Of a DNA stretch of 64,000 nt, positions 1 through 8,665 are shown piece by piece. The stretch covers positions 2,674 through 66,673 of the forward strand of contig JAZFSG010000078.1 of assembly GCA_036446035.1 (NCBI GenBank), in the 5' to 3' direction. Source of the DNA: Acidimicrobiia bacterium (GTDB lineage Bacteria; Actinomycetota; Acidimicrobiia; Spongiisociales; JAOTWH01). How positions within the stretch are numbered: position 1 is the stretch's first letter; each line of letters opens with the position of its first letter. The position numbers and the translations under genes were made by a program. A model generated the notes under the pieces. It had not been told where the DNA came from and did not search any database. It saw nothing but the letters and a program-made list of their open reading frames with translations.

Positions 1-9
1 CGCAGAGAC

Positions 10-282
10 TCAGACGGCGTCCTGGCGGCGCGTGAACAGCGCGACGTATGTGGAACATGCCGAGACTGCGCAAGTGGTGCAGGCCTCCCCAAAGCTCGAC
101 GGGTCGAGGCTCGTCGTCATGGTCTCGAAGCCGAGGCTGGAGTAGAGATCTACGAGCTCGGCGATCCGGGCGGGATCGGTAACGGTGCGGCGCTCCCAGC
201 CTGCGGCGGCGAGATCCGGCGCGCCCAGGATCTCTAGGCCCTCAGAGCAGTACACCGGTTCGAAGTCACCCGCCTGATTCAT
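10..282 (-). CDS. hypothetical small Cys-containing protein (90 aa), terminal gene of the bcr-like operon
   Basis: ORF track. ATG 282..280 overlaps TGA 281..279 of the upstream gene (ATGA). Cys at 12, 68, 71, 76 (C-x2-C-x4-C). No family recognised. Confidence 0.5.
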   Translation of the reverse strand: MNQAGDFEPVYCSEGLEILGAPDLAAAGWERRTVTDPARIAELVDLYSSLGFETMTTSLDPSSFGEACTTCAVSACSTYVALFTRRQDAV

Positions 283-1112
283 GCCGCCGTCCCCGCCGCG
301 GCAGAGACACCACCGTCAGCCCGTATCTTCTCCAGCCGCCGCCTGGCAAGGATGGCGCAACCCAGCGCCGACACGAACTGCATCATGTCGCTGTCTGGGA
401 TGTTCACCTCGGCTTCGAGCAGATCGCTGACGGCCTTGCCCATCGTCTCGAATCGGAGGATTCCCCCGATGAGCGTGAACTCGGGTTCGGCCTGCACCCG
501 CTTCATCAGCTGTACAGAACGACCGGTTAGCGACTCGATGGCACCCTGCATGATGTCCGCCGGCGCGGTACCCAGCGACAGGTGGTTGATCACCTCGGAC
601 TCGGCGAAGACGGCGCAAACGCCCGAGATCGGAACGGGCTCCTTCGAGGTTGTCATCAGTACGCTGATCTCTTCGATGGCATAGCCCATGTAGCGCGCCG
701 TCTTCTCCAGGAAGGCGCCCGTCCCCGCCGCACACTTGTCGTTGAGACGGAAGGAGAGGACGTTGGCCAGCTGGTCAACGCGGCTCGCCTTCATAGTCTG
801 ACCGCCGATGTCCAAGATGGTGCGCGTGCCGGGGAACAGAAAGCTCGCCCCGCGGGCGCTTGCGGTGAGGTCGGTCACGTGGAGATTCTTGAAGTCGACC
901 TGGTGGCGACCGCCGCCGGTAGCGATGACGTACGCCACGTCATCTTTTGGCACCCCGGCGTCCTCGAGCGCCTGCTCGTAGATCTTCTTCGCGACTTCAC
1001 GGAGACGGAAGCCGGTTGGCCCAACCGCCTTGCCGAGGATCTCACCGTCATCCGCCTGGATGATGGCCTTGGTGTACGTAGATCCGACATCCAGTCCGGC
1101 GGTGATAGTCAC
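279..1112 (-). CDS. BcrD/BadG/HgdC-type ATPase subunit (BCR/HAD activase family)
   Basis: Track ORF 279..1403 trimmed to GTG 1112..1110. GGAGG lies 7 nt upstream, and GTGA overlaps the stop of the upstream gene. Motifs [24 protein letters not shown]. Confidence 0.85.
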   Translation of the reverse strand: MTITAGLDVGSTYTKAIIQADDGEILGKAVGPTGFRLREVAKKIYEQALEDAGVPKDDVAYVIATGGGRHQVDFKNLHVTDLTASARGASFLFPGTRTILDIGGQTMKASRVDQLANVLSFRLNDKCAAGTGAFLEKTARYMGYAIEEISVLMTTSKEPVPISGVCAVFAESEVINHLSLGTAPADIMQGAIESLTGRSVQLMKRVQAEPEFTLIGGILRFETMGKAVSDLLEAEVNIPDSDMMQFVSALGCAILARRRLEKIRADGGVSAAAGTAA

Positions 1113-1960
1113 GATGTCGCCTCCGCGATGCTTGCGACCGGAGCGCGGCCGGTCATGACGTAATCGAGAGCGAACAGGGCGGCCCCGAGCGCCCCCATGT
1201 AGTGGCAGTCGTCGCTGATGTTGAGGGGCTTCTCGAGACGCTCTTCCAGCGCCTTGACCATGCCGTCGTTCAGGGAGACACCACCGGTGAAGGTGATCTC
1301 GTCGTTGATCCCGACCCGGCGCATCAAGGCCACCGAACGAGAAGCGATGGACTTGTGAACGCCCCAGAGGATGTCCTCGATCTTCTTGTCCTTGCCGATC
1401 CACGCCAGTACCTCGGACTCGGCGAAGACGGTGCAGGTGGTGCTGATCTTGATCGGCCTATCGCTCTTGAGCGATAGCGGACCCAGGTCGTCGAGCGGGA
1501 TCTCGAGGGCCGCGGCCGCAGCCTGTAGGAAGCGCCCTGTCCCCGCGGCGCACTTGTCGTTCATGCAGAAGTCGGTGATCTCGCCTTGAGGGTTCACGGA
1601 GATCGCCTTGGTGTCCTGGCCGCCCATATCAACGACCGTCCGCGTGTTGGGGAAGAGGTGCACCGCACCCCGCCCGTGACAGCTGATCTCGGTGACCTGG
1701 CTATTGCCGAACGTCACCCGGTACCGCCCGTAGCCCGTGCCGACGATGTACTCGACCTCCTCCTCGTCGACGTTTCCCTGGCTGAGGGCAGCGACGAAGG
1801 ATGACTCCGCGGCCTTGATGACGTTGGCGCCGGTATCGACGAGCGAACGACCGATGATGGCGCCCTTCTCGTCGATGATGACGGCCTTGGTTTGGGTCGA
1901 GCCAACGTCAACTCCGGCTGCGTATGCCACGCCGATCACCTCACTCAGTCGCGCCGGCAT
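1109..1960 (-). CDS. BcrA/BadF/HgdC-type ATPase subunit (second, distinct activase-family ATPase)
   Basis: 283-aa ORF. Motifs [27 protein letters not shown]. An alternative GTG start at 1939 is possible. Confidence 0.85.
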   Translation of the reverse strand: MPARLSEVIGVAYAAGVDVGSTQTKAVIIDEKGAIIGRSLVDTGANVIKAAESSFVAALSQGNVDEEEVEYIVGTGYGRYRVTFGNSQVTEISCHGRGAVHLFPNTRTVVDMGGQDTKAISVNPQGEITDFCMNDKCAAGTGRFLQAAAAALEIPLDDLGPLSLKSDRPIKISTTCTVFAESEVLAWIGKDKKIEDILWGVHKSIASRSVALMRRVGINDEITFTGGVSLNDGMVKALEERLEKPLNISDDCHYMGALGAALFALDYVMTGRAPVASIAEATS

Positions 1961-3239
1961 CGGCTTGTTGCCGGCGAGTGGCCAGGCCTTCGAAGAAGGC
2001 GTCGATCCGATTCTTCATCTGAGCTTCCGAGACGACACGCCGGTCCATCATGTCCGACTCGATGAACAGGCTCGGGATGCCGAGCTTCTCGGTCAGGTGC
2101 CGCCTGCCGTCGGCGAGCCCGGTAGAGACGGTGCGACAGCTCTTGATGGGGTGGTAGATGACGCCGTCTGCGCCAAAGTCCTCGACCATCGGTATCAAGA
2201 CATCGTTCTGGTGGAACATGGCGTCCATGGCGTCGCGGACGCTGACCAGCACCCCCTCGGCGAGGCTGGCCAACGGGTCGGCGAGGTCGTACTGGAAGCC
2301 GCTATTGGTGCCGCCGGATGCGAACCACAGATAGGTCGAGTTGACGAAGGTGCCGCCCCAATCGGTGAACAGCTCGTTGAACCGGCGGAAGATGGGATAG
2401 CAGGGAACCCCAACGAACAGCAGGCGGTATTGCTCTTCCATGGTTTGGCCGATCCCGTTGGCCGCCTTGTACTCCATCTCCTCGACGAGACGTTCGAAGT
2501 AGCGAGCACCAGCCTCGGTGCCTCTGAGGCCGTTGCCGACACCGAGGAAGATCGTGCCGTCTGTGAGTGCGTTGAACAGGGATGGTCTGGCACGGTTGAG
2601 TTCGAGGATCCGGTTCCAGGAGCGGCTCATCGTGTTGGCGTGGGTGAGGACCTCACGGAACTTGTCGATATCGAATTTCTTCCCGGTTACCTCCTCGCAC
2701 AGCGTGATCAGCTCGCCGAGCTGAACCTCGACATAACGGCGGTCGGCCTCGAAGTCACCGTCACCCTTCCACGTCTGGGCGCCAGCCTGGCGCGTACCGG
2801 GAATGTCGATGGTGAACGTTGGTGTTCCGTACATGCGCTCCCAGATCTCGGCCCACTTGATGTAGGTGTTGCAGGCGTTGGTGAGCACCGAGATGCCTGG
2901 CTTCGGTATCTGTCCCATCGGGTGCTCTCCCCCACGCAGCTGGGTGCCGACATCTGCCTTGACGTATCCACAAATGTCCGGCGAGTACCCGTAGTCCTCG
3001 GCCTCTTCGAGATACTCGTGGGCGACGCGACGGACCGCGGTCTGGAGGGAGTTGATCTCGGGAAAGACGACGGGTAGATCGAACGTCTTCAAGATCTCGT
3101 TGATGCTCCCCATGACGAAGACGTATGCGGACAGGCCGCCGCTGCTCGCAGTGTTGTCGAGTTCGGCAAACCACTCCCGGAATAGGGCGGCTCCCTCCCG
3201 GTTGCCGCGGCCAACGAGTTCGGCTTGCAGCGTGGTCAT
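1941..3239 (-). CDS. benzoyl-CoA reductase / 2-hydroxyacyl-CoA dehydratase family subunit (BcrB/BadE-like)
   Basis: Track ORF 1941..3638 trimmed to ATG 3239..3237 with GGGAGG upstream. At 432 aa the size and Cys-containing segments ([24 protein letters not shown]) fit the HGD-D family. Confidence 0.8.
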   Translation of the reverse strand: MTTLQAELVGRGNREGAALFREWFAELDNTASSGGLSAYVFVMGSINEILKTFDLPVVFPEINSLQTAVRRVAHEYLEEAEDYGYSPDICGYVKADVGTQLRGGEHPMGQIPKPGISVLTNACNTYIKWAEIWERMYGTPTFTIDIPGTRQAGAQTWKGDGDFEADRRYVEVQLGELITLCEEVTGKKFDIDKFREVLTHANTMSRSWNRILELNRARPSLFNALTDGTIFLGVGNGLRGTEAGARYFERLVEEMEYKAANGIGQTMEEQYRLLFVGVPCYPIFRRFNELFTDWGGTFVNSTYLWFASGGTNSGFQYDLADPLASLAEGVLVSVRDAMDAMFHQNDVLIPMVEDFGADGVIYHPIKSCRTVSTGLADGRRHLTEKLGIPSLFIESDMMDRRVVSEAQMKNRIDAFFEGLATRRQQADAGATE

Positions 3240-3267
3240 GTCAACCTCCCGAAGACGATGTGCCTCA

Positions 3268-4443
3268 TCATGCGAAGAGCAGGTTCTCGACGAATGTCTC
3301 GACTTGCAGCTCGAGCTGATCGAATGACGACATGTTCTCCTCGAACTCGCTGACGAAGTAGGCGACTCCCTCGGCGTCGAGGGCGTGCGTATACGTGACC
3401 TGCTCCTCGAGGCCGGGCTCGCACATCTTGGCGGCGGCAACGATGGCGGCGTCGGCCTTGGAGGCGAGGATCCGCTCGATGAGCATCCTCTCCTTGGGCT
3501 TGCGCAGATCGTGCTGCACCGGGCTGTACGAAGAGCGCTCTGTGTAGGCCTCGGCCAGGTTCTCGAGGGGGTCACCTTCTGGAGAAACATCCTCGGTGAG
3601 CCAGCGCAACCCGATGTGGAAGTCGTCGTCAACCACATAGCAGGTGCGCCCCAGCATTCGGATGAGATCGAATGGAGGCTGCTCGCAGAAGCCCCCCTCG
3701 AACACCACGCGAATGCGGTCCTCTTCCTTGGCAGAGCGCTCCCGGATGGTCGGGAGCAGCGTCGCCAGGAGATCGTTGTGCTCCTCGCGAGGGATCATCC
3801 CGGCAAGGGCCAGCAATGCATATGAGTCCTCGGCGGCAATGAGCCAAGGGGTCTCCCGCTTGATCTCGTACAGCTCACGCAGGAGCCGGCGATTCTCGTT
3901 GAACACAGTGATCGAGTTCCGGAGATCGTCGTCGGTGATGTCTCGCCCTGCAACGTCCTCGGCGACCCTTCGCATTCGATCGTATTCGTGACGCAGGTAG
4001 TCGATGCTGCCAGTCGAGTTCGGGTTCTGGGGCAGGTACAGGATCTGGCAGGGGTAGTCGAAGTTGCGGCCCCAGATCGCCGCCAGGTTCCGAGCAGCAT
4101 CGCAGATCGGGTGCGATACGAACATATCCAGCTGGACGCGATCGCTCAGCACAAGCTCGAGCGACGTCTTGAGAATCGAGCAGAGGTAGGAGCCGAAGTG
4201 CGAATCGGCCTGGTTCGTCTCCAAAGGGGCGCCTCGCACCTTGAAAGGGAGCATGCCGGCGGCGTGAACGATCTCCTCGGGAAAGTAGACCTGGAAGTGA
4301 CCGGCGACCTTTCCTCCGGCGTCGCGCCAGCGACGCACCGTTTCGAATTCCGGGGATTCGACCATGTCCCGGCACTCCGCCAGCGCATCGTCGAGTGAAG
4401 CACCGCGCCATTCGTCGAAGGTCCTCGTGGCCGCCAGCGTCAT
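3268..4443 (-). CDS. benzoyl-CoA reductase / 2-hydroxyacyl-CoA dehydratase family subunit (BcrC/BadD-like)
   Basis: Track ORF 3268..4581 trimmed to ATG 4443..4441, which overlaps the TGA of the TetR gene (ATGA). 391 aa, HGD-D-like. Confidence 0.8.
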   Translation of the reverse strand: MTLAATRTFDEWRGASLDDALAECRDMVESPEFETVRRWRDAGGKVAGHFQVYFPEEIVHAAGMLPFKVRGAPLETNQADSHFGSYLCSILKTSLELVLSDRVQLDMFVSHPICDAARNLAAIWGRNFDYPCQILYLPQNPNSTGSIDYLRHEYDRMRRVAEDVAGRDITDDDLRNSITVFNENRRLLRELYEIKRETPWLIAAEDSYALLALAGMIPREEHNDLLATLLPTIRERSAKEEDRIRVVFEGGFCEQPPFDLIRMLGRTCYVVDDDFHIGLRWLTEDVSPEGDPLENLAEAYTERSSYSPVQHDLRKPKERMLIERILASKADAAIVAAAKMCEPGLEEQVTYTHALDAEGVAYFVSEFEENMSSFDQLELQVETFVENLLFA

Positions 4444-5069
4444 ACTTTGCGACCAGTCGGCTCTGCAGCGGCCCCTTTGAAGAACAGGTCCAGAACGTAG
4501 TCGAGATGGGCGTCGGTGCTTCCAAGGACGCGATCGGCATATCGCCCGATCACGACCTCGACGAGGGCAACGAAGGACCACGAAAGGACCCGGGCATCCC
4601 CAGGGGCCAGCTCGCCATCTCTGATCCCGTCGCTGATGATGGCTTCGATCTGCTCGGGCAAGGCCTTCTGGTAGGCACGTACCAGGCGGTCTCGCTCCGC
4701 GCCCGAGAACGTGTTGATGTCGCGCCGAACGAGACGAGTTAGCTCACGTTCCTCGTCGGGGAGCTCGAGGAAATCCCTGGTCAGTCTCGCCAGGCGGTCG
4801 CGACAACTTCCGGTCGCCGCCACCGCCTGGCCGAAGAGGCGACGCTTGTTGTCGAGATCGTCGAGCATCATCGAGACGTACAGGTCTTCTTTGCTGGCGA
4901 AATGGTGGTATAGGCCTCCCTTGGTCACTTGGGCCGCCCGCGCGATCATGTCCACTTTGACGTCTGCGTAGTTGCTCGCCACGAACAGCCCTCTCGCCGC
5001 GGCCACGATTCGAGCTGCAGTTGCCTGTGATCTCGTGGGAAGGTCTGTCAGATGTTGCGACATACTCAC
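4440..5069 (-). CDS. TetR/AcrR family transcriptional regulator
   Basis: N-terminal HTH (VKVDMIARAAQVTKGGLYHHFASKEDL). Start is GTG 5069 or ATG 5063. Translationally coupled to the bcrC-like gene. Confidence 0.9.
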   Translation of the reverse strand: MSMSQHLTDLPTRSQATAARIVAAARGLFVASNYADVKVDMIARAAQVTKGGLYHHFASKEDLYVSMMLDDLDNKRRLFGQAVAATGSCRDRLARLTRDFLELPDEERELTRLVRRDINTFSGAERDRLVRAYQKALPEQIEAIISDGIRDGELAPGDARVLSWSFVALVEVVIGRYADRVLGSTDAHLDYVLDLFFKGAAAEPTGRKV

Positions 5070-5071
5070 CT

Positions 5072-5089
5072 ACCGACTGTCCGGTCGGT
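5072..5089. promoter_or_regulatory. candidate TetR operator (inverted repeat ACCGAC-N6-GTCGGT)
   Basis: Perfect 6-bp arms immediately upstream of the TetR start codon. Function is inferred only. Confidence 0.3.
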
Positions 5090-5274
5090 TTGAGCGTACC
5101 CAACTCCCCCTGCCATGTCAACGGCCTCGGTGAGCCCACGGCCGAAAACCCCACCGTTCGGCTCTTCAGTTGCCAAGCCGGCGTCCGCTGGCGGATGCTC
5201 CTCCATGGCCGAGGGAAGGCAGGTCAGGGGTGATCAAGGGCGCCCGGCCGCGGCACAGTCGAGCGAAGACCTCG

Positions 5275-5928
5275 TCATCCCGGCAGCTTGGAGTCGTCCA
5301 CCTTCCATGTCAGCGAGCTGTCAACTCTCACAACACCTTCGAGGCGCCTAGTGAGTTCCTCGAGGATGCGCGCGTCTGTCTTGGTCGGAAGTTCCCCTGC
5401 GATGTCGACGATGCCGTCCTTGACGGTCAGGTCGAGGGATTCGGGGTCGACGAACAAGACCCTGCGGCTGATGTCCTCTCGGATCTCGTCATCGATGAGC
5501 TCGTCGGGACGAGCGAAGGCAGCAACGATGTCTGCTCGACTGATGACCCCGATCACCGAACCCTCTTGGTCGACTATGGGGAGCCGCTTGACGCCGTTCG
5601 CAGCCAGCACGCGAGCCGCCTCGGCCAGCGTGGCATCGGGCGCCACAGTGACGACGTTGGTGCTCATCACCTCTCCGACGGAAACCGCCTCGGAGTGGGA
5701 TGACTCCTGGCCGAAGACGGCGCCCAGCAAACCGCCGCTCGGCGCCTCCTTGTCCAGCTCCCGCTCGAGGAAGTCGGCCTCGGTCACGATGCCTATCAGA
5801 GCGCCCGTGTCATCAACTACGGGCAGGCCGGAAACACGATTGGCGACCATCAGGCGGGCGGCCTCTTTGATGGTCTCGGTGGGGCGAATGGTTACAACAT
5901 CGGTCGTCATCAGGTCGATGACTCTCAT
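5275..5928 (-). CDS. CBS-pair + BON domain protein (hypoxic-response-protein-like)
   Basis: Two CBS repeats (MTTDVVTI..., VMSTNVVTV...) and a C-terminal BON-like segment. ATG directly abuts the USP stop (TGA-ATG). Confidence 0.8.
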   Translation of the reverse strand: MRVIDLMTTDVVTIRPTETIKEAARLMVANRVSGLPVVDDTGALIGIVTEADFLERELDKEAPSGGLLGAVFGQESSHSEAVSVGEVMSTNVVTVAPDATLAEAARVLAANGVKRLPIVDQEGSVIGVISRADIVAAFARPDELIDDEIREDISRRVLFVDPESLDLTVKDGIVDIAGELPTKTDARILEELTRRLEGVVRVDSSLTWKVDDSKLPG

Positions 5929-6360
5929 TCAGGCGGCCTCCTTGACGACGAGTAGATCGCATTCGGCGATATGGATCAGCCGATGACTGGTACTACCCAG
6001 TACCAACGAAGCTACTGCGCCGCGACCCCTACTCCCCACCACGATCATGTCTGCCTCGTGCTCGTTGGCGTACTTCACGACGGCGTCCGCCGGGTACCCC
6101 TCGAGATCTACCTGCTTCGAGTCGACCCCCTCCAGGATGGGCCCGATCCGCTCCCAGACGGCATCTCGCTCCAGCCGCATGATCTCGGCTGAGGCGTCAG
6201 GGACTGCTCCCATTGCCGCGTACACGGTGGCCGGAATGTGGACCGCATGGACGGCATGCACGGACGTGCTCAGGCGCTTGGCCAAAGAAACTGCCTTGTG
6301 GGCCGCGACCTCGGAACCGGTTGAGGCGTCGACGGCTACAACGATCATCTTTCCTCCCAT
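5929..6360 (-). CDS. universal stress protein (UspA family)
   Basis: IVVAVD...GSRGRG...GSTS motifs. An alternative start at ATG 6348 gives an ATGA overlap with the response-regulator stop. Confidence 0.85.
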   Translation of the reverse strand: MGGKMIVVAVDASTGSEVAAHKAVSLAKRLSTSVHAVHAVHIPATVYAAMGAVPDASAEIMRLERDAVWERIGPILEGVDSKQVDLEGYPADAVVKYANEHEADMIVVGSRGRGAVASLVLGSTSHRLIHIAECDLLVVKEAA

Positions 6361-7010
6361 GACTCGGGCGGCATGCGGTGATCGTTTTCTGCATTACGGC
6401 GAGCCGCATAGGCCGCGACCTCGCTGCGTCGGCTCATTCCGAGCTTGGCGAGGACATTCGACACGTAATTCTTGACTGTCTTCTCTGCAAGGAACATGCG
6501 CTCAGCGATCTGGCGGTTGGTGAGGCCCTCGGCCAGGTTCTCGAGGATGTTTCGCTCCTGGGGCGACAGCCGCGCCAGGAGTGGATCGTCCTTCTCGCCG
6601 CGGATACGGCGGAACACGCTGTCGACCAATACCGGGTCGAGGAGCGATTCCCCGCTGCCGACCTTTCGAATGTTCTCGACGAGCTCGTCGCCGGCGACTC
6701 TCTTCAGGACGTACCCGGAGGCCCCAGCCATGATCGATGCATACAGCGCCTCATCATCGGCGAACGAGGTGAGCATGAGCACCTTGATGTCGGGCCACTG
6801 CTCCTTGATCTGACGACAGGCGTCAACTCCGCTGCCGTCGGGAAGCCGAACATCCACCACGACAACGTCGGGCGCCTTGTACCCGACGACCCTGACGGCG
6901 TCGAAGACCGTGCCGGCCTCGCCAACAACTTCCATGTCATCTTGAGACCCGACGAGGGCGGATAGCCCTGCTCGGACCACCTCATGGTCATCAACAAGTA
7001 CAACCTTCAT
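6345..7010 (-). CDS. devR: NarL/LuxR-family response regulator, DevR/DosR-like
   Basis: REC domain (LVDDHEVVR, DVRLPDGSG) plus an HTH segment (IAERMFLAEKTVKNYVSNVLAKLGM) nearly identical to M. tuberculosis DevR as I recall it. Confidence 0.85.
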   Translation of the reverse strand: MKVVLVDDHEVVRAGLSALVGSQDDMEVVGEAGTVFDAVRVVGYKAPDVVVVDVRLPDGSGVDACRQIKEQWPDIKVLMLTSFADDEALYASIMAGASGYVLKRVAGDELVENIRKVGSGESLLDPVLVDSVFRRIRGEKDDPLLARLSPQERNILENLAEGLTNRQIAERMFLAEKTVKNYVSNVLAKLGMSRRSEVAAYAARRNAENDHRMPPESWEER

Positions 7011-7038
7011 TCAGGGTCAGGCTACCCATGGTGCGCCC

Positions 7039-7061
7039 TGGTCATCACGGCCTTATGACCC
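7039..7061. promoter_or_regulatory. inverted repeat TGGTCA-N11-TGACCC in the devR / kinase divergent promoter
   Basis: Read directly from the sequence. It shares GGTCA/TGACC half-sites with 7014..7019 and 7071..7084. Confidence 0.3.
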
Positions 7062-7070
7062 TGTCGAGCC

Positions 7071-7084
7071 TGGTCAAATGACCC
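7071..7084. promoter_or_regulatory. 6-2-6 palindrome TGGTCA-AA-TGACCC, candidate DevR-type box
   Basis: GGTCA-NN-TGACC arms are perfect. Lies 17 nt upstream of the kinase ATG. Confidence 0.35.
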
Positions 7085-7100
7085 TGTAGCCTCGGCAGCG

Positions 7101-8189
7101 ATGGATCGACTTCCGGCAACCGTTCGTCAGCTCGTCGAGGCCGCGGCCCTAGTCGCTGGCCAGGCCGACCTCTCCGATGTATTGCGCACGACGATACGCA
7201 CGGCGATGGAGTTGACGGGAGCCGCTTACGGTGCGCTCGGGGTCATCGGGAGTCACGGCGTATTGACCGACTTCATTTTCGAAGGCATGGACCGCGAGAC
7301 CGCGGACCGGATCGACCACCTGCCGGTCGGCAAAGGGGTGTTGGGGGCCATGGGCGAGATCCCCCTCAGGCTCGAGGACCTCACCACCCACCCGGACGCC
7401 GTTGGCATGCCGGCCAACCACCCGCCGATGACGTCGTTCCTCGGTGTCGCTGTCAGGTTGGGCTCCGACACGATCGGCAACCTCTACCTGACGAACAAGG
7501 CGGACGGTCCATTCTCCGAGGAGGACGAACTCCTGGTGCAGGCACTGGCAGTCATCGCCGGCTCCGCAGTGTCACGGGCCCGTTTGGAGCGTCGCCTGGA
7601 GCGGGCGGCCCTCATCGAGGACAGAGAGCGGATCGCTCGCGACATCCATGACGGCGTCATCCAGGAGCTGTTCGCAGTCGGACTGGCCCTGCAGGCCACC
7701 AGAGGTACCGACTCGGCAGAAGCGAGTGAGCGCATTGATCAAGCCGTTGACAGCATCGACGATGCGATGACCAGCTTGCGCGACTACATCTTCGACCTGC
7801 AATCGCAGACCCCCGATTTCGAGGCCCGCCTCCGCGCCGTGCTGTCGACAGCGGCGAGCGAGGCCGACGTGCGAATCGAACTGACCGGCCGGTTCGTAGA
7901 TCTCGACCGACCGATAGCGGACAACCTCACTCACTTCGTCCGTGAGGCTGTCTCTAACGCCGTCCGTCACGCTAGGCCGTCGAAGGTCACCGTCTTCGCC
8001 ATTAACGACGGTGATACCGTGACCGTCGAGGTTGTCGACGACGGCTCGGGTTTCGACCCCACGATGCAGAGCGAAGGCATGGGCCTGGCCAACATGCGCG
8101 AACGCGTCAGCGTCCTTGGCGGGACTTGCGAGATTCGCAGCGAGGTCGGAAACGGCACCACTGCCATAGGTAGTGTCCCCCTGGAGTAG
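7101..8189 (+). CDS. GAF-domain sensor histidine kinase (HisKA_3 / DosS-DosT-like, soluble)
   Basis: N-terminal GAF, H-box RIARDIHDGVIQ, HATPase (DDGSGF, GMGLANMRER). No TM segment. Confidence 0.9.
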   Translation: MDRLPATVRQLVEAAALVAGQADLSDVLRTTIRTAMELTGAAYGALGVIGSHGVLTDFIFEGMDRETADRIDHLPVGKGVLGAMGEIPLRLEDLTTHPDAVGMPANHPPMTSFLGVAVRLGSDTIGNLYLTNKADGPFSEEDELLVQALAVIAGSAVSRARLERRLERAALIEDRERIARDIHDGVIQELFAVGLALQATRGTDSAEASERIDQAVDSIDDAMTSLRDYIFDLQSQTPDFEARLRAVLSTAASEADVRIELTGRFVDLDRPIADNLTHFVREAVSNAVRHARPSKVTVFAINDGDTVTVEVVDDGSGFDPTMQSEGMGLANMRERVSVLGGTCEIRSEVGNGTTAIGSVPLE

Positions 8190-8203
8190 AAAGGACCGAG
8201 CGC

Positions 8204-8665
8204 ATGGAAGAGATGACCCGCGAAGACGCCCTCGCTTTTCTCACCGAGCAGCTCCTCGGTCACCTCGCCGTGATAGATGGCGACGAGCCCTACGTGAGTC
8301 CGATTTCCTATGTCGTCACCGACAACACGCTGTACTTTCGGACCCGACCGGGACGGCGCCTTTCAGTGCTCAAGACGAATCCTCGGATCTGTGTCGAAAC
8401 ATCGCTCGTCGACGATGCCGGGGGCATGTGGTCGTCCGTGTGTGCGTGGGGCAACGCCACGACCGTTGAAGACCCCCAGGTCGGTGCCACTGTGGTTTCC
8501 ATGCTCCTCGAGAAATACGCGGACTCCTCGGAATCAGTCTTGTCCTACGCGAAGGGGCCCAACCTCGGCGTGGAGGCGTCAATAGTTGAGGTGCCGTTGG
8601 ACGAGGTAACCGGCCGGGCGTCGGGCGGCGAGCTCGGAACACACGTCCGTCCGGGGCGTCTCTAA
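8204..8665 (+). CDS. pyridoxamine 5'-phosphate oxidase family (flavin/deazaflavin-binding split barrel) protein
   Basis: 153 aa. N-terminal pattern (ALAFL...GHLAVIDGDEPYVSPISYV...LYFRT) is typical of PNPOx-like proteins. Confidence 0.75.
   Translation: MEEMTREDALAFLTEQLLGHLAVIDGDEPYVSPISYVVTDNTLYFRTRPGRRLSVLKTNPRICVETSLVDDAGGMWSSVCAWGNATTVEDPQVGATVVSMLLEKYADSSESVLSYAKGPNLGVEASIVEVPLDEVTGRASGGELGTHVRPGRL

Noticed and set aside
1737-3077. 446-aa plus-strand ORF antisense to the BcrB-like gene. Similar long antisense ORFs occur at 10327..11268, 14336..15247, 20151..21470, 34768..35646, 39191..40276, 43431..44381, 47269..48297, 53727..54740 and 58085..59026.
   Set aside because: These are typical high-GC shadow ORFs. 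They have low-complexity Arg/Gly/Pro/Asp-rich translations, no recognisable motifs and no RBS, and each is fully covered by a well-supported gene on the other strand.
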